From positions 1,426,001 through 1,490,000 of the forward strand of contig JBLDXI010000046.1 of NCBI GenBank assembly GCA_047495785.1: a stretch of DNA of 64,000 nucleotides, in the 5' to 3' direction. Under the pieces are notes generated by a model that was not told the DNA's origin, ran no database searches, and saw only the letters and a program-made list of their open reading frames with translations. How positions within the stretch are numbered: position 1 is the stretch's first letter; each line of letters opens with the position of its first letter. The translations under genes and the position numbers were made by a program. Source of the stretch: Lepidodermella squamata. Lineage: Eukaryota > Animalia > Gastrotricha. This document shows positions 1-12,459 of this stretch, in pieces.

Positions 1-1699
1 GCCTCGACGGCTTCTCGCGAACTTCAACCATGCCTGTCGATGTCGTGCAACTGCCGCGACTTGAGCTGTTCGAATCTGCTGTTTTGAACATTCTAGCATC
101 AGCCGAGAACGCGATTGCGCCGTACCAGGTCGTTTCGAACGCGACAGCTTCTGCTGCTGCCAACGTCATGGCTGGCCTGTCATCGCCTCGTATGGACCAT
201 GATATCGAGAGTCAGCAGCAGCAATCGCGACGAGGTGCGATGAATAACGGAACTCCGGTGATTTCTGTCTTGCAGTCGAACCGATCGATGCATCACCACC
301 AGCATCAACAACAGCAGCAGGCCATGTCGATGCAGAACCATGCGGGACTCGTTCCGTATTCGCATCAGCAATTCGGAGGCAACGGCTTTTTCGGCGGTGC
401 GGCTAATCTCTCGACGCCGTCAGCGGCTGGTTCGACGATCGCGTCGTCGCCGAGCCCTATGAACCACCCTGCCTCGGCTCTGTCTGTTCCGCTCACACCA
501 TCTGGACCTAGCTCGAACATGGGTTCGAACAACGTCTCCTTCCTTCAAGGTTTGATTGAGCTGTTCTTTCGAGAAAATTATGTTTATTGAGAAGATTGTT
601 TAGGCATGATTATCCCGTCGCCGAACAACCAGGCGCCGATGTTGTTGCGCGAGCCATCAGCCGCCCAGCGCATCCCCCGCCAGCGCATGATCTACCACTT
701 GAAGTTCGGAGAATTCGGCGTTATGGAGGGTCAGTTCACTGAACCGAGCGGCATCGCCTGCAACGCGCAGAACGACATCATCGTCGCCGATACGAACAAC
801 CACCGCGTTCAGATCTTCGACTCCGAGGGTCGTTTCAAGTTCACGTACGGCGAGTGCGGCAAGCGCGACGCCCAGCTGCTGTACCCGAACCGCGTCGCTG
901 TCTGCAAGGCGACGGGCGACATTGTTGTCACTGAGCGATCGCCGTCGCACCAGGTCCAGATCTACGACCAGTACGGCATTTTCGTGCGCCGATTCGGCCA
1001 AGACTGCCTGAAGCACCCGCGCGGCGTGTTCGTCGACTCGCGCGGCCGCATTCTAGTCGTCGAGTGCAAGGTGATGCGCGTCACCATCTTCTCGATGGAA
1101 GGCCGCGTTCTGCGCTCGTTCACCTGCCGGTCGTACCTCGAGTTCCCGAACGGCATCTGCGCGACTGACAACCCGGAGGAGATCTACATCTCGGACAACC
1201 GCGCCCACTGCGTCTGGGTCTTCAACTACGACGGCATTTTCCTGCGCCGTATTGGTGGCGAGGGCATCACCAACTACCCAATTGGTGTCGGCATCAATCA
1301 GGTACATTTTATTTTTATCATTCATCATTTGACCTTATTTTATTGCCTGACACACAAAGCCGCTTTTATTTGCCACTCATTAACCTTGAAACAGCAATTG
1401 AGGTCATCGAAATAATAATTATAGCAAAAACTTGTGTGTGGGAATTTATTAAGGTGGACTTTTTTTAATAGCTTGGAGAAATTATTGTCGCGGACAATCA
1501 CAACAACTTCAATTTGACGGCGTTCACGCCCGAAGGCCAAGTGTTGTACGGACTCGAGTCGAAGGTGAAACACGCGCAAGTGTTCGATGCGACCCTGATG
1601 AACGACGGCTGCGTCGCTATCGCGTGCAAGGACTACCGCGTTTACGTTTACCGCTACATGTCAGCGTCGACGCGCCACCTCGGGCTCAACATTCGCTAA
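1..1699 (+). CDS. brat: Brain tumor/NCL-1 TRIM-NHL protein, 3' part (exons <1-549, 604-1301, 1472-1699); 5' end outside the window
   Basis: NHL repeats closely match Brat (RQRMIYHLKFGEFGVMEGQFTEPSGIA, ADTNNHRVQIFD, GEGITNYPIGVGIN|LGEIIVADNHNNFNLT). GT-AG introns at 550-603 and 1302-1471 keep the frame, and the frame is open to the window edge. Confidence 0.93.
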
Positions 1700-1904
1700 A
1701 CACTACTACTGAAATCTGACATTATATCAAAGCTTATTATTCCAGAAATTAATATCTATTGTTGCCTAATTATTATTCGTAAAAAAAGACTGTTTTAACC
1801 CACCTAAAAATGATGATGATGACGACTATTAATGCATGTGATGTGTGGCCCTGAGTGATACAAACGATGAAATGACTATTGTTTTTTTGTGCCCACAGAC
1901 CTAC

Positions 1905-2072
1905 GCGTTGTAAATAGGTTTTATCATATTATACATCTATATACGCAAAGCTAAAACACTCTTTCGTTTGGTTTACTCTCTTTTGTTTATATAAATGCGT
2001 TGTACATAGCATGCAATCGAAATTCGGTGAAAAACTGATCGGAAAAAACTTCGATTCCTCGTTGTAAATAGC
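1905..2072 (+). promoter_or_regulatory. Three Pumilio response elements (UGUAHAUA) in the brat 3' UTR
   Basis: TGTAAATA 1909-1916, TGTACATA 2001-2008 and TGTAAATA 2063-2070, all in the context CGTTGTA(A/C)ATAG. Confidence 0.7.
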
Positions 2073-3237
2073 TCTTGATGGCTGCGTGTGTTGTTCTACG
2101 CTGTTATGTTTGACTGAATTTTTTGTAAACGTGTTGCGGTGTATGCGAAAATTTTGTCTCGTCGTTATGCTTATACGTATCAAAACTATACTTGTGTGTG
2201 TCTTCCTCGTATAACAAAACAAACTTCTAGGGGAAAAAACCATCGCTTTTTCGTGTTGCCGTCGCCCTAAAACGCATGCGCCGCAGCTCGCAATGTGTCA
2301 TCGTCGTCGTCCAACGTCCGATTTGATCGAAAAAAACAACACACGGTTGGTTGTTGGTTGTTTTATATTTGAGAACCAAAAACGCGAAAATAATGTCTTG
2401 TAAAATGTTTCTTGTTTTCATGTGCTACTGCGATTCGAATTCATTGCTCAACAACTTGCTCGTCGAATTTTCTTTTCTTCTTTTTTCACGATTATTCTTG
2501 ATTGATTGATACCTCGCTCACTTATAATCGCTGCTCTTCGGTGTTTGTCGTTTTAGCGCGCCAGCCGTTGCAAAAAGTGATAAGTTGAACTGGCTAGGGG
2601 AAGCAAAATCCACAAAACCAGCCTTTCTTTTAATTTCTCTCGAAAAATCTCTTGATTTTAAAAAGTCGCCTTGAAAAACCTGTGTACAGAAATTACCATC
2701 ACGTGTGCGACTATCAACGAAAATTTCTACCTACTATGCATTTTATTCCATCACGTTATATGTGCATGAAGAGAGCTTTCTATATGCCAAATGTAAAGGA
2801 CTGATGATATTAATAATTTTACCCATTGATCAATTGTGCGCATGTTTGAAACAAATGACTGTTATTATAGGTCAAATAAATAAAAATCAGGTGCAATTAT
2901 ATATGCCGATTGATGCTGAATGTGATGTGTGCTGAATCTGAGATCTGGTCTACGAAATCGACATTTATGTAATTGTGATGATGAGAACTGTGACAATAGA
3001 GGTTGATAAATTAGGTGATGATATTATTATGAAAACTATTATTCTGCTGACAATTATTGATACTGACAAGAATTTGGACAGGAATAAACACACAATATAA
3101 ATAATTTCCCGGGTTTTTTTCCAAGTTCAAAGTCTGCTAAAGACTCTAGAGGTGGTGCGCCTAGCACTCTGCTCGGGGGAGCTACTGTTCAGCGGTATCT
3201 AGAAAAATGGTAAAATGTTGGCTTCCATTATTGCTGA

Positions 3238-3318
3238 GGTCGGAGAAAACGCTGATTTGTAAAATCGATAAATTTGAAATCGATATCGGCTCTGCATGCT
3301 GAAGTATAACTCGTAAAA
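3238..3318 (+). repeat. Dispersed repeat family, copy 1 (partial)
   Basis: ctgatttgtaaaatcgata...tgaaatcgatatcggctctg...tgaagtataactcgtaaa matches 23130-23212 and the reverse complement of 31691-31770. Confidence 0.75.
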
Positions 3319-3821
3319 ATAGCGGTAGCTTCGCTGTTAATTTGGTGATATTTTATAGCTTGGATTTGCGAATTATGATTATGGGATCGCCAAGGGAGGT
3401 GTTGAGAAGCCCTGTGGTAAAGCCTTGATCATAAGGCCTCATATTCCTAATTTGTTCTCGTTTTCCTACGATTGGTTTTCCAGGGCATATTCACCTAAAG
3501 GCCACGTGAAAACCGGGCCATCTTGAAAACCGGAAAAATCTTCCATAAATTGGGGTGATTTTAGCATATCAAAAATCGAAGGTAGATAGGTAAATGCCCT
3601 CGAATCATCTGTGGATAACTTTTTCCAAAATTGGACCCAAGGGTCAATAAAACCTGAAAATCCAAGTGAGCGTTCAAAATTACCCACTAATTGTCCAACT
3701 TCGTTCATACATCGTCCAACATCGCCAAAAATCAGATAAAAATTGAAAAATCACCAAAAACCAAAAACCAGATAATCTCGCCAGTCACTTTAATTGTCCA
3801 CTTTTGCACCAAAATCATCTA

Positions 3822-4013
3822 CCGTATTTGTTCGTCCTATAGCAGCCCGGGCTAATAAAATGTCAACCTCGAAATTTCAAAAATTTCAAAAATCAATTTC
3901 TCGTGAATCGTTCACTATTCATGTTTTCGAACCGACTTGACCGCTCAACCCTGAGCTACTATTAGGATGCGCGATTATTAGTGAATGGGCTGCTATTGGA
4001 ACAAATAATACGG
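3822..4013. mobile_element. MITE (Tc1/mariner-pogo type) with TA target-site duplication
   Basis: Imperfect ~27-bp TIRs (CCGTATTTGTTCGTCCTATAGCAGCCC / GGGCTGCTATTGGAACAAATAATACGG) flanked by TA at 3820-21 and 4014-15. No coding capacity. Confidence 0.75.
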
Positions 4014-4264
4014 TATTCTGAACTAGCACTGATTTTCAATCCTCGAAAAACATGGCTTTGTCCAAAATTAACTCACCCTACGGAACCTCAAGTCGAAAAA
4101 AACTCAGTTCGAAGCAAAATGTGACGTATTTATTATTTAAAGCTCAAACAGGGAAATATTGAGCGAAACGGCATTAGGTCGTAATATGAAATTCAGTTTA
4201 AAAACCAAGCATCACATTGTTTAATCACCACGAAGAAAAATCCCAGACGCCGACATTTTTTCTG

Positions 4265-6324
4265 TCAATCGTCAGACGCAAATGAGTCATTGCGCTGTTT
4301 TTTACGCTGCGGAATCACAACATGAGATCGCGGCTGCGACGCGTCGTCCTCGTCGCTCGAACTGTCCTCAGCGCCCAGCTCACTGGCGCCGCTGTTCGAC
4401 GCCGAATCCGAGCCGGAACTCGACGAGCCGCTGCCACTTTCCGCCGAGGAATGCTTCCGCTTATTTTTACCAGCCTTCTTTTTCAACAGTTTCTTCTTGC
4501 TCTTCGCTTTTTCAGGCGATGAAGCAGAGCTGGCGGATGATGACGAGCTGCCAGATTCACTCGAAGTGCTGCCGGAATTTGAAGACGAAGAGCTCGATTG
4601 TGACGAACTGGATTCAGAGCCAGACGAATCACTTTCTTCACTCGAACTAGATTTCGCCTCCTCCGCTTTTTTCCTAAAAAAAATTGATAAATAGAAATAA
4701 TATTAATATTGAGAGCAGATTTAATTGGATGCCGTGACGAAGGTTCATCAATCAGCCTTTTCTATTGAAATTGTTCCGAGAATTTTTTCTATTTCTACTG
4801 CCGTTACAAAGCGTTCTCATGGCCGCCCCGAATGGCATAGATCTACGACTGGATTTACGACTGAAAGCAAGTGCTTTAGATGCTACCATGCAGCCATAAG
4901 TCGCAAAAAACCAGTTGTGCCCGAACTTGGAAACCCAAGGAGACTCGGCCGATTTACTCAGCCATGGCGCTGCATTTTCTGATTCAGTCACTGATTGGAG
5001 GGTTATACTCGAAACCATATACTCGTTGTGATCTATGCCTCCCCTGACTGACATACTTTTACCAAAACGTCCACCTTAAACTATTTCTCGCTCATTTTTC
5101 GCACTTTTCCACGGCCTGTGCCAACTCCACCTCGGCTCTTCCTATTTTCTTCTTTTTTCTTTAACAAGTTCGTTTTGTTATTGAAAATAACGATGGATGA
5201 CACCTTCATTTATACAGATTTACTTGATTACCAACTTCATAACGGCCAGTTCGCTGAATCTTTGGGCCTTAGAAGCAATTTCGCTCCTCGTTTGAAAACT
5301 AAACTCGAGCGATTTCTAATTGCATTATCAAATACAGCTCTCGAGAGTGGGAAGTTCAGCGAGTCATTTTCTCCAGCTATGCAGCTTTACTCATAGGGCG
5401 CTCTTGTATAATGCAAATTTTGCATAAACTTGACTTCAAAGCATATAAGGTGCACGCGGTATATAATTTTCATCCAGGCGATGCCCTGAAGTTTGTGAAT
5501 GGTTTTTGCAACAGCGTGCTACATTGATCAACAATTTCCCGTTCAATTTCTCATGTAATTTTAGATGTCGAAGAGATCGGCTTTTCTAGAATGGCCCTGA
5601 ATAATCTTCAACCTTCCCGCCCATCCGACGAATACGTGTTTTACGTCATTGGTTCTCATGGGGGTATCTCAAATCTGAAGTATATAAGGATCCCAAGCCC
5701 ACAACAATGGCTCAACTTCAAAACCGGATAATTCACACGTCCCAACAAATTACCCCTGAAATGCTTGCGCGTGTTCGTGGAAGTTTGATTTCCCGATTAC
5801 TTGCATCTCGAGAGAGAAATGGAGAGGGTCCCAAATTTCGAAATTTCACATGAAATTTCACTGCTTATACCCATTTTCAACAATTGGCCATCGCCCCAAT
5901 ACTCTCAAGCCCTTTACTCCATTTACGTGTTATACCATGAATATAATGTGCGTAATTTTTATCAACACTACCTATGTAAATCTGGATTTATTGTTTTGTC
6001 CTACCTGTTATCAGCAATTTTCTTCAGCACCGCTTGTTCCGCCATTTGTTTCATCATTTGCGTTCGAGTAGGCCTCGATAGATATTTCGGCTTAGCTTTA
6101 CATTCATACGTCCAATGCCCGACCTTCAAATCAGACCGAAAAATTAGTGAAACAAAATTTGACCTAGATAAAATAGACACTGACCTCGAGGCATTTCTGG
6201 CATTTGAACGAGCCTCGTTTTTCAGATTCTCTATACAAAATTCATTTTTGATCATGTTCAGCTTTGAAGTCGAAGTTTCTTACATCTTTTTATCTCGGGA
6301 AACCAGGAGCGAAGTTGGATCCAT
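4265..6324 (-). CDS. ZCCHC10: Zinc-knuckle CCHC protein with Ser/Lys-rich tail (ZCCHC10/SREK1IP1 family), 4 exons
   Basis: The spliced product MDPTSLLVSRDKKI-ESEKRGSFKCQKCLE-VGHWTYECKAKPKYLSRPTRT... carries the CQKCLExGHWTYEC signature. The last exon (4673-4265) is Ser-rich. All three introns are GT-AG and phase-consistent. Confidence 0.85.
5460..5845 (+). mobile_element. Degenerate Tc1/mariner-superfamily transposase remnant in ZCCHC10 intron 3
   Basis: WGYLKSEVYKDPKPTTMAQLQNRIIHTSQQITPEMLARVRGSLISRL...NG resembles the C-terminal part of DDD/DDE transposases. The upstream catalytic region is broken by stops and frameshifts. Confidence 0.7.
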
Positions 6325-6608
6325 TTATCAAATAATATACACTATAATAATAATCAAAAAAATTTAACCAATTTTCAGGTCGATCTGTTTTATTTTCATC
6401 ACTATAGCAAACGCAAAGAGGTTTTCACCATCGAAATTATTTTATTAATCATTCGGATTTCACGTAGTCGATATCCGGGTTCAAAAAGGAGTGCTGGTAC
6501 TTCTCGCTTAATACAACTGAATATTACTAAACAAGGGCGCAATTTGCAGAACTAATTTCAGTGTTTTAAGGTGGCGTATTTCTCATATTTTTGACCTGAT
6601 TAGTCGGT

Positions 6609-6931
6609 TTAATGGTGGGCAGGCGGTCCACCTCCTGGAGGCTTGCGGATGCTACGTTCGTGGTCCTCGTTAGCCCAGGTATAAAGGAGGAAAACTGATA
6701 TCATAGCTAATGAATATTTTAAAACTGAAAACATAGCTTATTTAATTAGAGAAAGAAATTACGTGGCGCAACGTAGAAAACGTTACGGTTGAATTTCGTC
6801 CACCATTTCTGCGCCCAGTGGCTCAAAAAGCCGGACGGGAAAACCTTCAGTTCATACGGCGAAAGCCTGTACCAGATGAGGCCGCGGACGTGCGAGCCGA
6901 AAAGTTGATCGTGCTTAGCGCCGCCTCCCAT
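6609..6931 (-). CDS. UQCRQ: Cytochrome bc1 complex subunit 8 (QCR8), exons 6931-6763 and 6706-6609
   Basis: VRGLIWYRLSPYELKVF...FYVAPPMISVFLLYTWANEDHERSIRK matches the UcrQ family. 56-nt GT-AG intron. Confidence 0.88.
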
Positions 6932-6990
6932 TTTCACTCAGAATTGGTAAAAATCTATCGAAATTCAGCAAATTAATTAGTATAACAATG

Positions 6991-8017
6991 TTACAACGAT
7001 TTCTTTGTCAAAGATTTTAAAACGTTGACTGGATAGTCGTCGCTTGGCACCAAATTATCAGGCAGGGCAAGATCTTCCGGCAAATATTCGATATTACGCA
7101 GGTACAACCCGCAAGGAGACACCGTCGGAGTCGGGTGAGGGATGTTATTTGGCACTTCTACGCCACGCAACAATGTTTCGAGGGTACTAATTGGAATCCT
7201 TTTACCAGCAATTTGAAGTAAACAGCCAACCATTCGGCGAATCTTGATTGAAAACGAAAAGTAACGAAGGCCAACATGACTAGAGAAAATAACTTGCTTG
7301 GTGATAGAAAAAAGAATTAGAACGAAATAAAATGTCATAAAATTGAACATCGTTTTCAACTTGAAACGGCCAGTACTCGCCCAGTATCGGGCGAGACTTG
7401 ACAACGCGAACCGACATGGGGCGAGTAGCTGCTCCGCCCTTTTCTTGCAACGACTCGCTTGTCGTGAAGAGCTTGAACGAGTGAAAACCGTTAAAAGTCT
7501 CAGCAGCTTTCATGAATAACGCTTCGTCGAATTCGCCCGAGTAGACTAAACAACGATTGACCTCAGTCGCGGTCATAGCAGCTAACATTCCGACTTGGCT
7601 CTTAGAAGGATTCGTCACGGCGAGACGATATAAGTATTCGCGGGAAACAGCTGCAGCCCTGCAATTGAAATCAGGCGCTACCCGCAAGGCGCGCCAAACA
7701 CGAATGGGCTCGTTGTGGCGATCAAAAACCGAATTCAAACCAAACATGAACATTTTAGGGTCAGGCTCCCGAGATTTTCGCATGTCTTCTTTCGAGTAAA
7801 CCGCATCAAAGTGCAAAGTATTGGCTAAAGCATGAACGCCAGCATCGGTACGAGATGCTAGGGTCAACTTGCCCCTTTCGATGAGTTTTATGTAATCAAA
7901 AGCTTTCTCAATAACACCTTGCACCGTTCTGACGAGCTGCGTACCAGCCATAACTTGCTGCTGGGAGCCGCTAAAGCTGGAACCGATATAAGAGAAGAAA
8001 AGCATATATCGACCCAT
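6991..8017 (-). CDS. PUSL1: TruA-family tRNA pseudouridine synthase-like 1, exons 8017-7298 and 7242-6991
   Basis: RY...SYIGSSFSGSQ, catalytic SRTDAGVHA, REYLYRL, SFFYHQ|IRRMVG and PCGLYL. Joining requires a 55-nt GC-AG intron. Confidence 0.9.
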
Positions 8018-8841
8018 AGCTGGAATCTAAACTCTAAACAGCAAGCTATGGATAAGAATAAACAAATCAATGATAAGTTACAAATTAATCAAATTTCCCA
8101 GGCAGGTTTTTCAGCGTTAACCCCCTATTAATTCTACCAATTCTACACAAGTGCCAAACTTAGCATCAGTGGCACCCTAATTCAAAATATCAAAATGATT
8201 TTATGCAATGGCACATGACACCATGACCCTGGATCCTGGTCCGACTTGCTACATCACCGCCACTGAGCAGCAGACCAATTTATCAATTGTAACCATTCAG
8301 TAGTTTTGGCCAACATGTAACTCAACAGCCCGTTCGAAAGCGATCAAAACGCGATAGTTCCTACGCTTTCAAGCGTCAAGCGTGATGGTCAAGTCACTGA
8401 CATCCTACATCCTACATGGCAAACAGTCAACAGCTCACAACTCTCAAATCGTTGAAACCCCATGAATACGAGTAAAGCAAATAAGCCCAAAGAGCAAACA
8501 GTCCACAACTCCATCCACAACTATCCTCCCTCATCACCTGTCAACTGAGCATAGGAAAACAAGAACGAAAGAACGATGGGCATGGAAGCTCGCTCGAAGA
8601 AGATGAAAAAGGTCACGGAAACAGCCAAGTTTTTTTCGCACCCCTCCAGATTCGAGTTTTTACTAGACCTTGATAAAAGGCTTAATTTTCAGCATATTTT
8701 TTTCCCAACGTAGTTATGACTCAACATTTTGAATGAGTAATTAAGTAAGTTGTTAAGATTTATTTCGGTGAAAGCGAATAATAACATCTCGAATGAACCG
8801 GGCCGAATTTTTTTCTTTCGCCCTCAATCTGACCTGAAAAT

Positions 8842-11800
8842 ATGCGTCATCGGCGCTTTTCTACGTTGGTACGGTGCGATTTGCCAGTTGCCATTGACTC
8901 TTCGTGCTACATGAATTGCCTGTTTATCAACTTCTTTGCATTTTGCGGGTTACCCTTTGTGAAAAAAATGGAATCAAATGAAGGTGATCGCGATGATGAA
9001 GATGCTAACTCCAAACTCTATTGTCATTTCAGACTGGGCATCTATTCTCAAAATTCACGGAGAGTTGAACGGATTTGTAAACTGCTAGCTTTTGGTATTC
9101 AGTTTCATAAAAATATTTCAGATACGAGGTAACACGTAACATTGTCTGGCGACTGGCGACTGGCGTTGGAAAAGTTCCCATCTCCGTGACGCTTTTCTGC
9201 CTCTTGTTTTAAGCCGACTCTTGAATCCGATAGACCAATGCTGTTTCGTGCTTTGTATATAATGATTTTATATTCCTAGGCACTTTATCCGTTTATCTTT
9301 AATACTGGATTCTAATGGACTTGGGAATGGATATACCATACCCGAGAGACGGTTAGATATCGCTGTCGTGAACTTTTCATCTCTTAATGTTACTTTTTCA
9401 TTCCAGACAAGTGACAGTTGCTTCATCGTTCATCCCGATTCATTGCGCCAATACTAGGAACGAGTTACATTTAACTACTTCCAATCACCAAGAGCAGCAA
9501 CATTGTAATCAATTTGAAAACAATAATTGTAACCAAGCAATCATCAACAATGCGCCTGCATCGTCCGACTCACTTAGATTGGCCGACCTTATCGACAGAT
9601 ATCTGCGCGATAAAAGCCCTGCTATAGTTACTGAACTTGTAAAGTTTATTTGCAACGATCAGATTGTAATCAGTTTTGTGTCGCTGGTGAGTTGCTGCAG
9701 CAAACACTTGAACTTCTATTAATTTCTTGTATTTTTTGCAGAGTTATAACAAGTTTACTTCGGAGTTTGTTAGTTATAGTCCCCAAATTGCTGAACTATG
9801 TCGTTTGGTGTACAATCAGTTGTCAGGCTCTTCTGCCATAATAAACGGTCCTGTTGATTCAAGTCGAGTTTATTACAGCAATGTAAGCTTGAATTTGATT
9901 ATGCGATATTATTTGAATTTGCTTTTTTATAGCTTTATTTGGAAGAATTGCTGCGAAAGTGTCAAAATGAGTTTTCTCGTTGGTCATCTTATGGCGTCAA
10001 AAGTGACGCAAGTAACGGACATAATTCGCCCCGACCAGCCGATATCGGGCATTCGCCTGCCGATAGAGGCGTTGATTCGGGGCACAATTCACCCACTCCA
10101 TTCATCATCAGTCAAACGCCGCCTCCGGATAGGAAACCGAAACTTCTTGCCTGCGCCAAATTTGTTGGCGAGATGGGCCGACTCGACCTGTTGCCCGAAG
10201 CCTTCCTCTTCGACTGCCTTCGCACTCTGCTCGCCCGTTCTCGCTCCACACCGGTAGCGATTTTTCACGAAAATCTCGAGGCAGCATGTCAGCTGCTGAA
10301 AATTGTCGGCAGGAAGTTGGACCATAAGTTGGCCCGTGCGCTTATGGACCAGTACTTCAATCGAATTCAGTCGATTCTTGCGTCTAATTCAGTGCCTATT
10401 GAAAAACGAATCCGTTTCCTGTTAACGGATCTGATCCAACTACGCCAGAATGGATGGGGCACGAATTGGGAGAGCAGCAGCGAATCCGAGTCGAATTCGT
10501 CGATTGAACCGCCGAAAAACAACAACCACCAGCCACAACGTCCATCAATTTACAGCTCAGCTCCGTCGCCATCAACATCGCCGTCAACCACTTCGTCATC
10601 AAGCGGTTTCGTACCGAACGTTTTCCCATTTCCAACTCCACCGTTGAGTGGGCAGTCGGGCAATGGGGCGAAATATGCCATGCCGCAAGTTTTCTACTAC
10701 CCGCCGCCGCCTTTTCCGATGCCGATGTCAGGCCCGATTGATCAAATGAGGCCCAGAGGCATGTTTCCAGCAATGCAGCAACCGTTTTTTGTCCCTCCAC
10801 CGGACTTTGCGCCTCGTTTTATCGCGCCGAAACCAACGAACGGTTTCAACCATCAGCAGAAACTGGAAATTTGCCCGAGTTTTGTCGAGCCGGCGAAGGA
10901 GAAGCCGAAAAGTGCGTTTCCTTACGACCCTACATCAGTCGCTGCCGCTCAGCCGCAACCAACACCGCGAACTTTTGCCACGGTTTCGAGCGGCCAGTCG
11001 ACTGGGCACGTTGAAATGACGAAAATCGGGGTTGCGAAAAAAGCTGGCGGAATTAAAACCGAACACACGAAACCAGTCGTTAATTCTGACCAGCCTATCG
11101 TCAGTCTGAGACCTCAAGGCGGTCTGGGCAAACGACTGCAGGCCGCTAAAAAGGATGACGAGAAAACAACAGCGGAAGTTACGGAAAAAACCGAAATTAT
11201 TAAGGAGACTGTCGTAAAACCGACAAAAACCCTGATTTCGCATGAATTACTCGCGAAGTTGGATCAGAATGTGATCAAGGCGTCTTTTCCGTCCTTCAAC
11301 GAGTTGATTCGCGTTCTTGAGACCTCGTTCAATTTCACGTCGAGACCGGCTGAAAACGCCTATCATCTTCTAGTCGCAAGTCTCGACGCGTCTGACGAGG
11401 TGAAGGAACAAGTTCAAATCGTGCTGAGTCACTTCAGAAATCAGGGCATCATCACCCAATCGCAGTTGGATGCTGTTTTCATCGACCTGGTTTCAAGCGT
11501 TGCAGAGCTTGAGGGCTTTATCACCTGCGTGAAGTCGCATGTAGCCAGTCATTTAGCTATTGCGATTTCGTGCGGGCTCCAGTCAATCGCCTGTCTGCCG
11601 CTGAGTGGCAAACAACACCCTGTTGCGCTGATCGCAGTCCAACGCGCTGTTAAGCGAGCCGGCGAGGAGAAGGTTTTCCAGTTTTTCGATAACAGCCGCG
11701 CGATTTCGTCGATAGTCCAGGCCGATATTTTGCGATTGTTACCCGAGGCGCTTCAGAGTGACAAAATTGCTCGGCGTCAAACGTTGGAAGATCGAAATCT

Positions 11801-12459
11801 CGGATTTTTCCTCTTCGATTTCGAATTGCCGTTGGATATCAAACAAGCGTTTAGCTCATCGCCTGAAAAATTGGACGATTTAGCTGAAAAAATCGCTGGA
11901 TTTTCGCTCGGTTTGAATCTGGCTAATTGGCAATTTGAATCGCGGTCTTTTGTGCGTTACTTGTTGAGCGCATTGAAAACCGAGTGGCTATCAGCCGAGA
12001 AAAAGTGGAGTTTCAATGATTTTCAACGACTGGTTGAACTAGTTCGGCTACGTGCGAACTGGCAGGCGGCTAATTTGATGGCGGAGCTCGAGCTGTGTCT
12101 TGTTGAGGCGAACAACGAGGCGGCTCAAGGTCAGTTTTTTAGCGGATTTCCCCTTCCTATTTAATTACCGCCGTGCCTTGCGTGGGAAATTTTTAAGGAG
12201 GATTTTTTGCAATTTGAAAATATTTATAAAATTGTCCCAGTTTTCTAGGGTGAATTAATTCATTATTATTCTATGTATTGTGACAAATTTGTTGGGTTGT
12301 TATTATTTGGAAAATTCTTCTTCGTATTATGCTAATTAATTCCCCGAGGCAACATAAAATTGTTATTTTCAACGCTGCATGGACAATGCGTGCAAATATA
12401 TTGAGCGGAAAAATAAAGTAATTTTTTAAAAATATTTTTCAGGTGTTTCGAAGCAGTAA
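8842..12459 (+). CDS. EIF4G2: eIF4G2/DAP5/NAT1-like translation factor (MIF4G, Pro-rich linker, MA3-like helical domain, truncated C-terminus); start codon uncertain
   Basis: KFVGEMGRLDLL...ENLEAACQLLKIVGRKLDH..ARALMDQYF..RIRFLLTDLIQLRQNGW is DAP5-type MIF4G. Small 5' exons join in frame (about 8842-8873, 9032-9128, 9280-9351, 9407-9687, 9743-9882) to the large exon ending at 12129. The last exon is 12443-12459. Confidence 0.8.
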
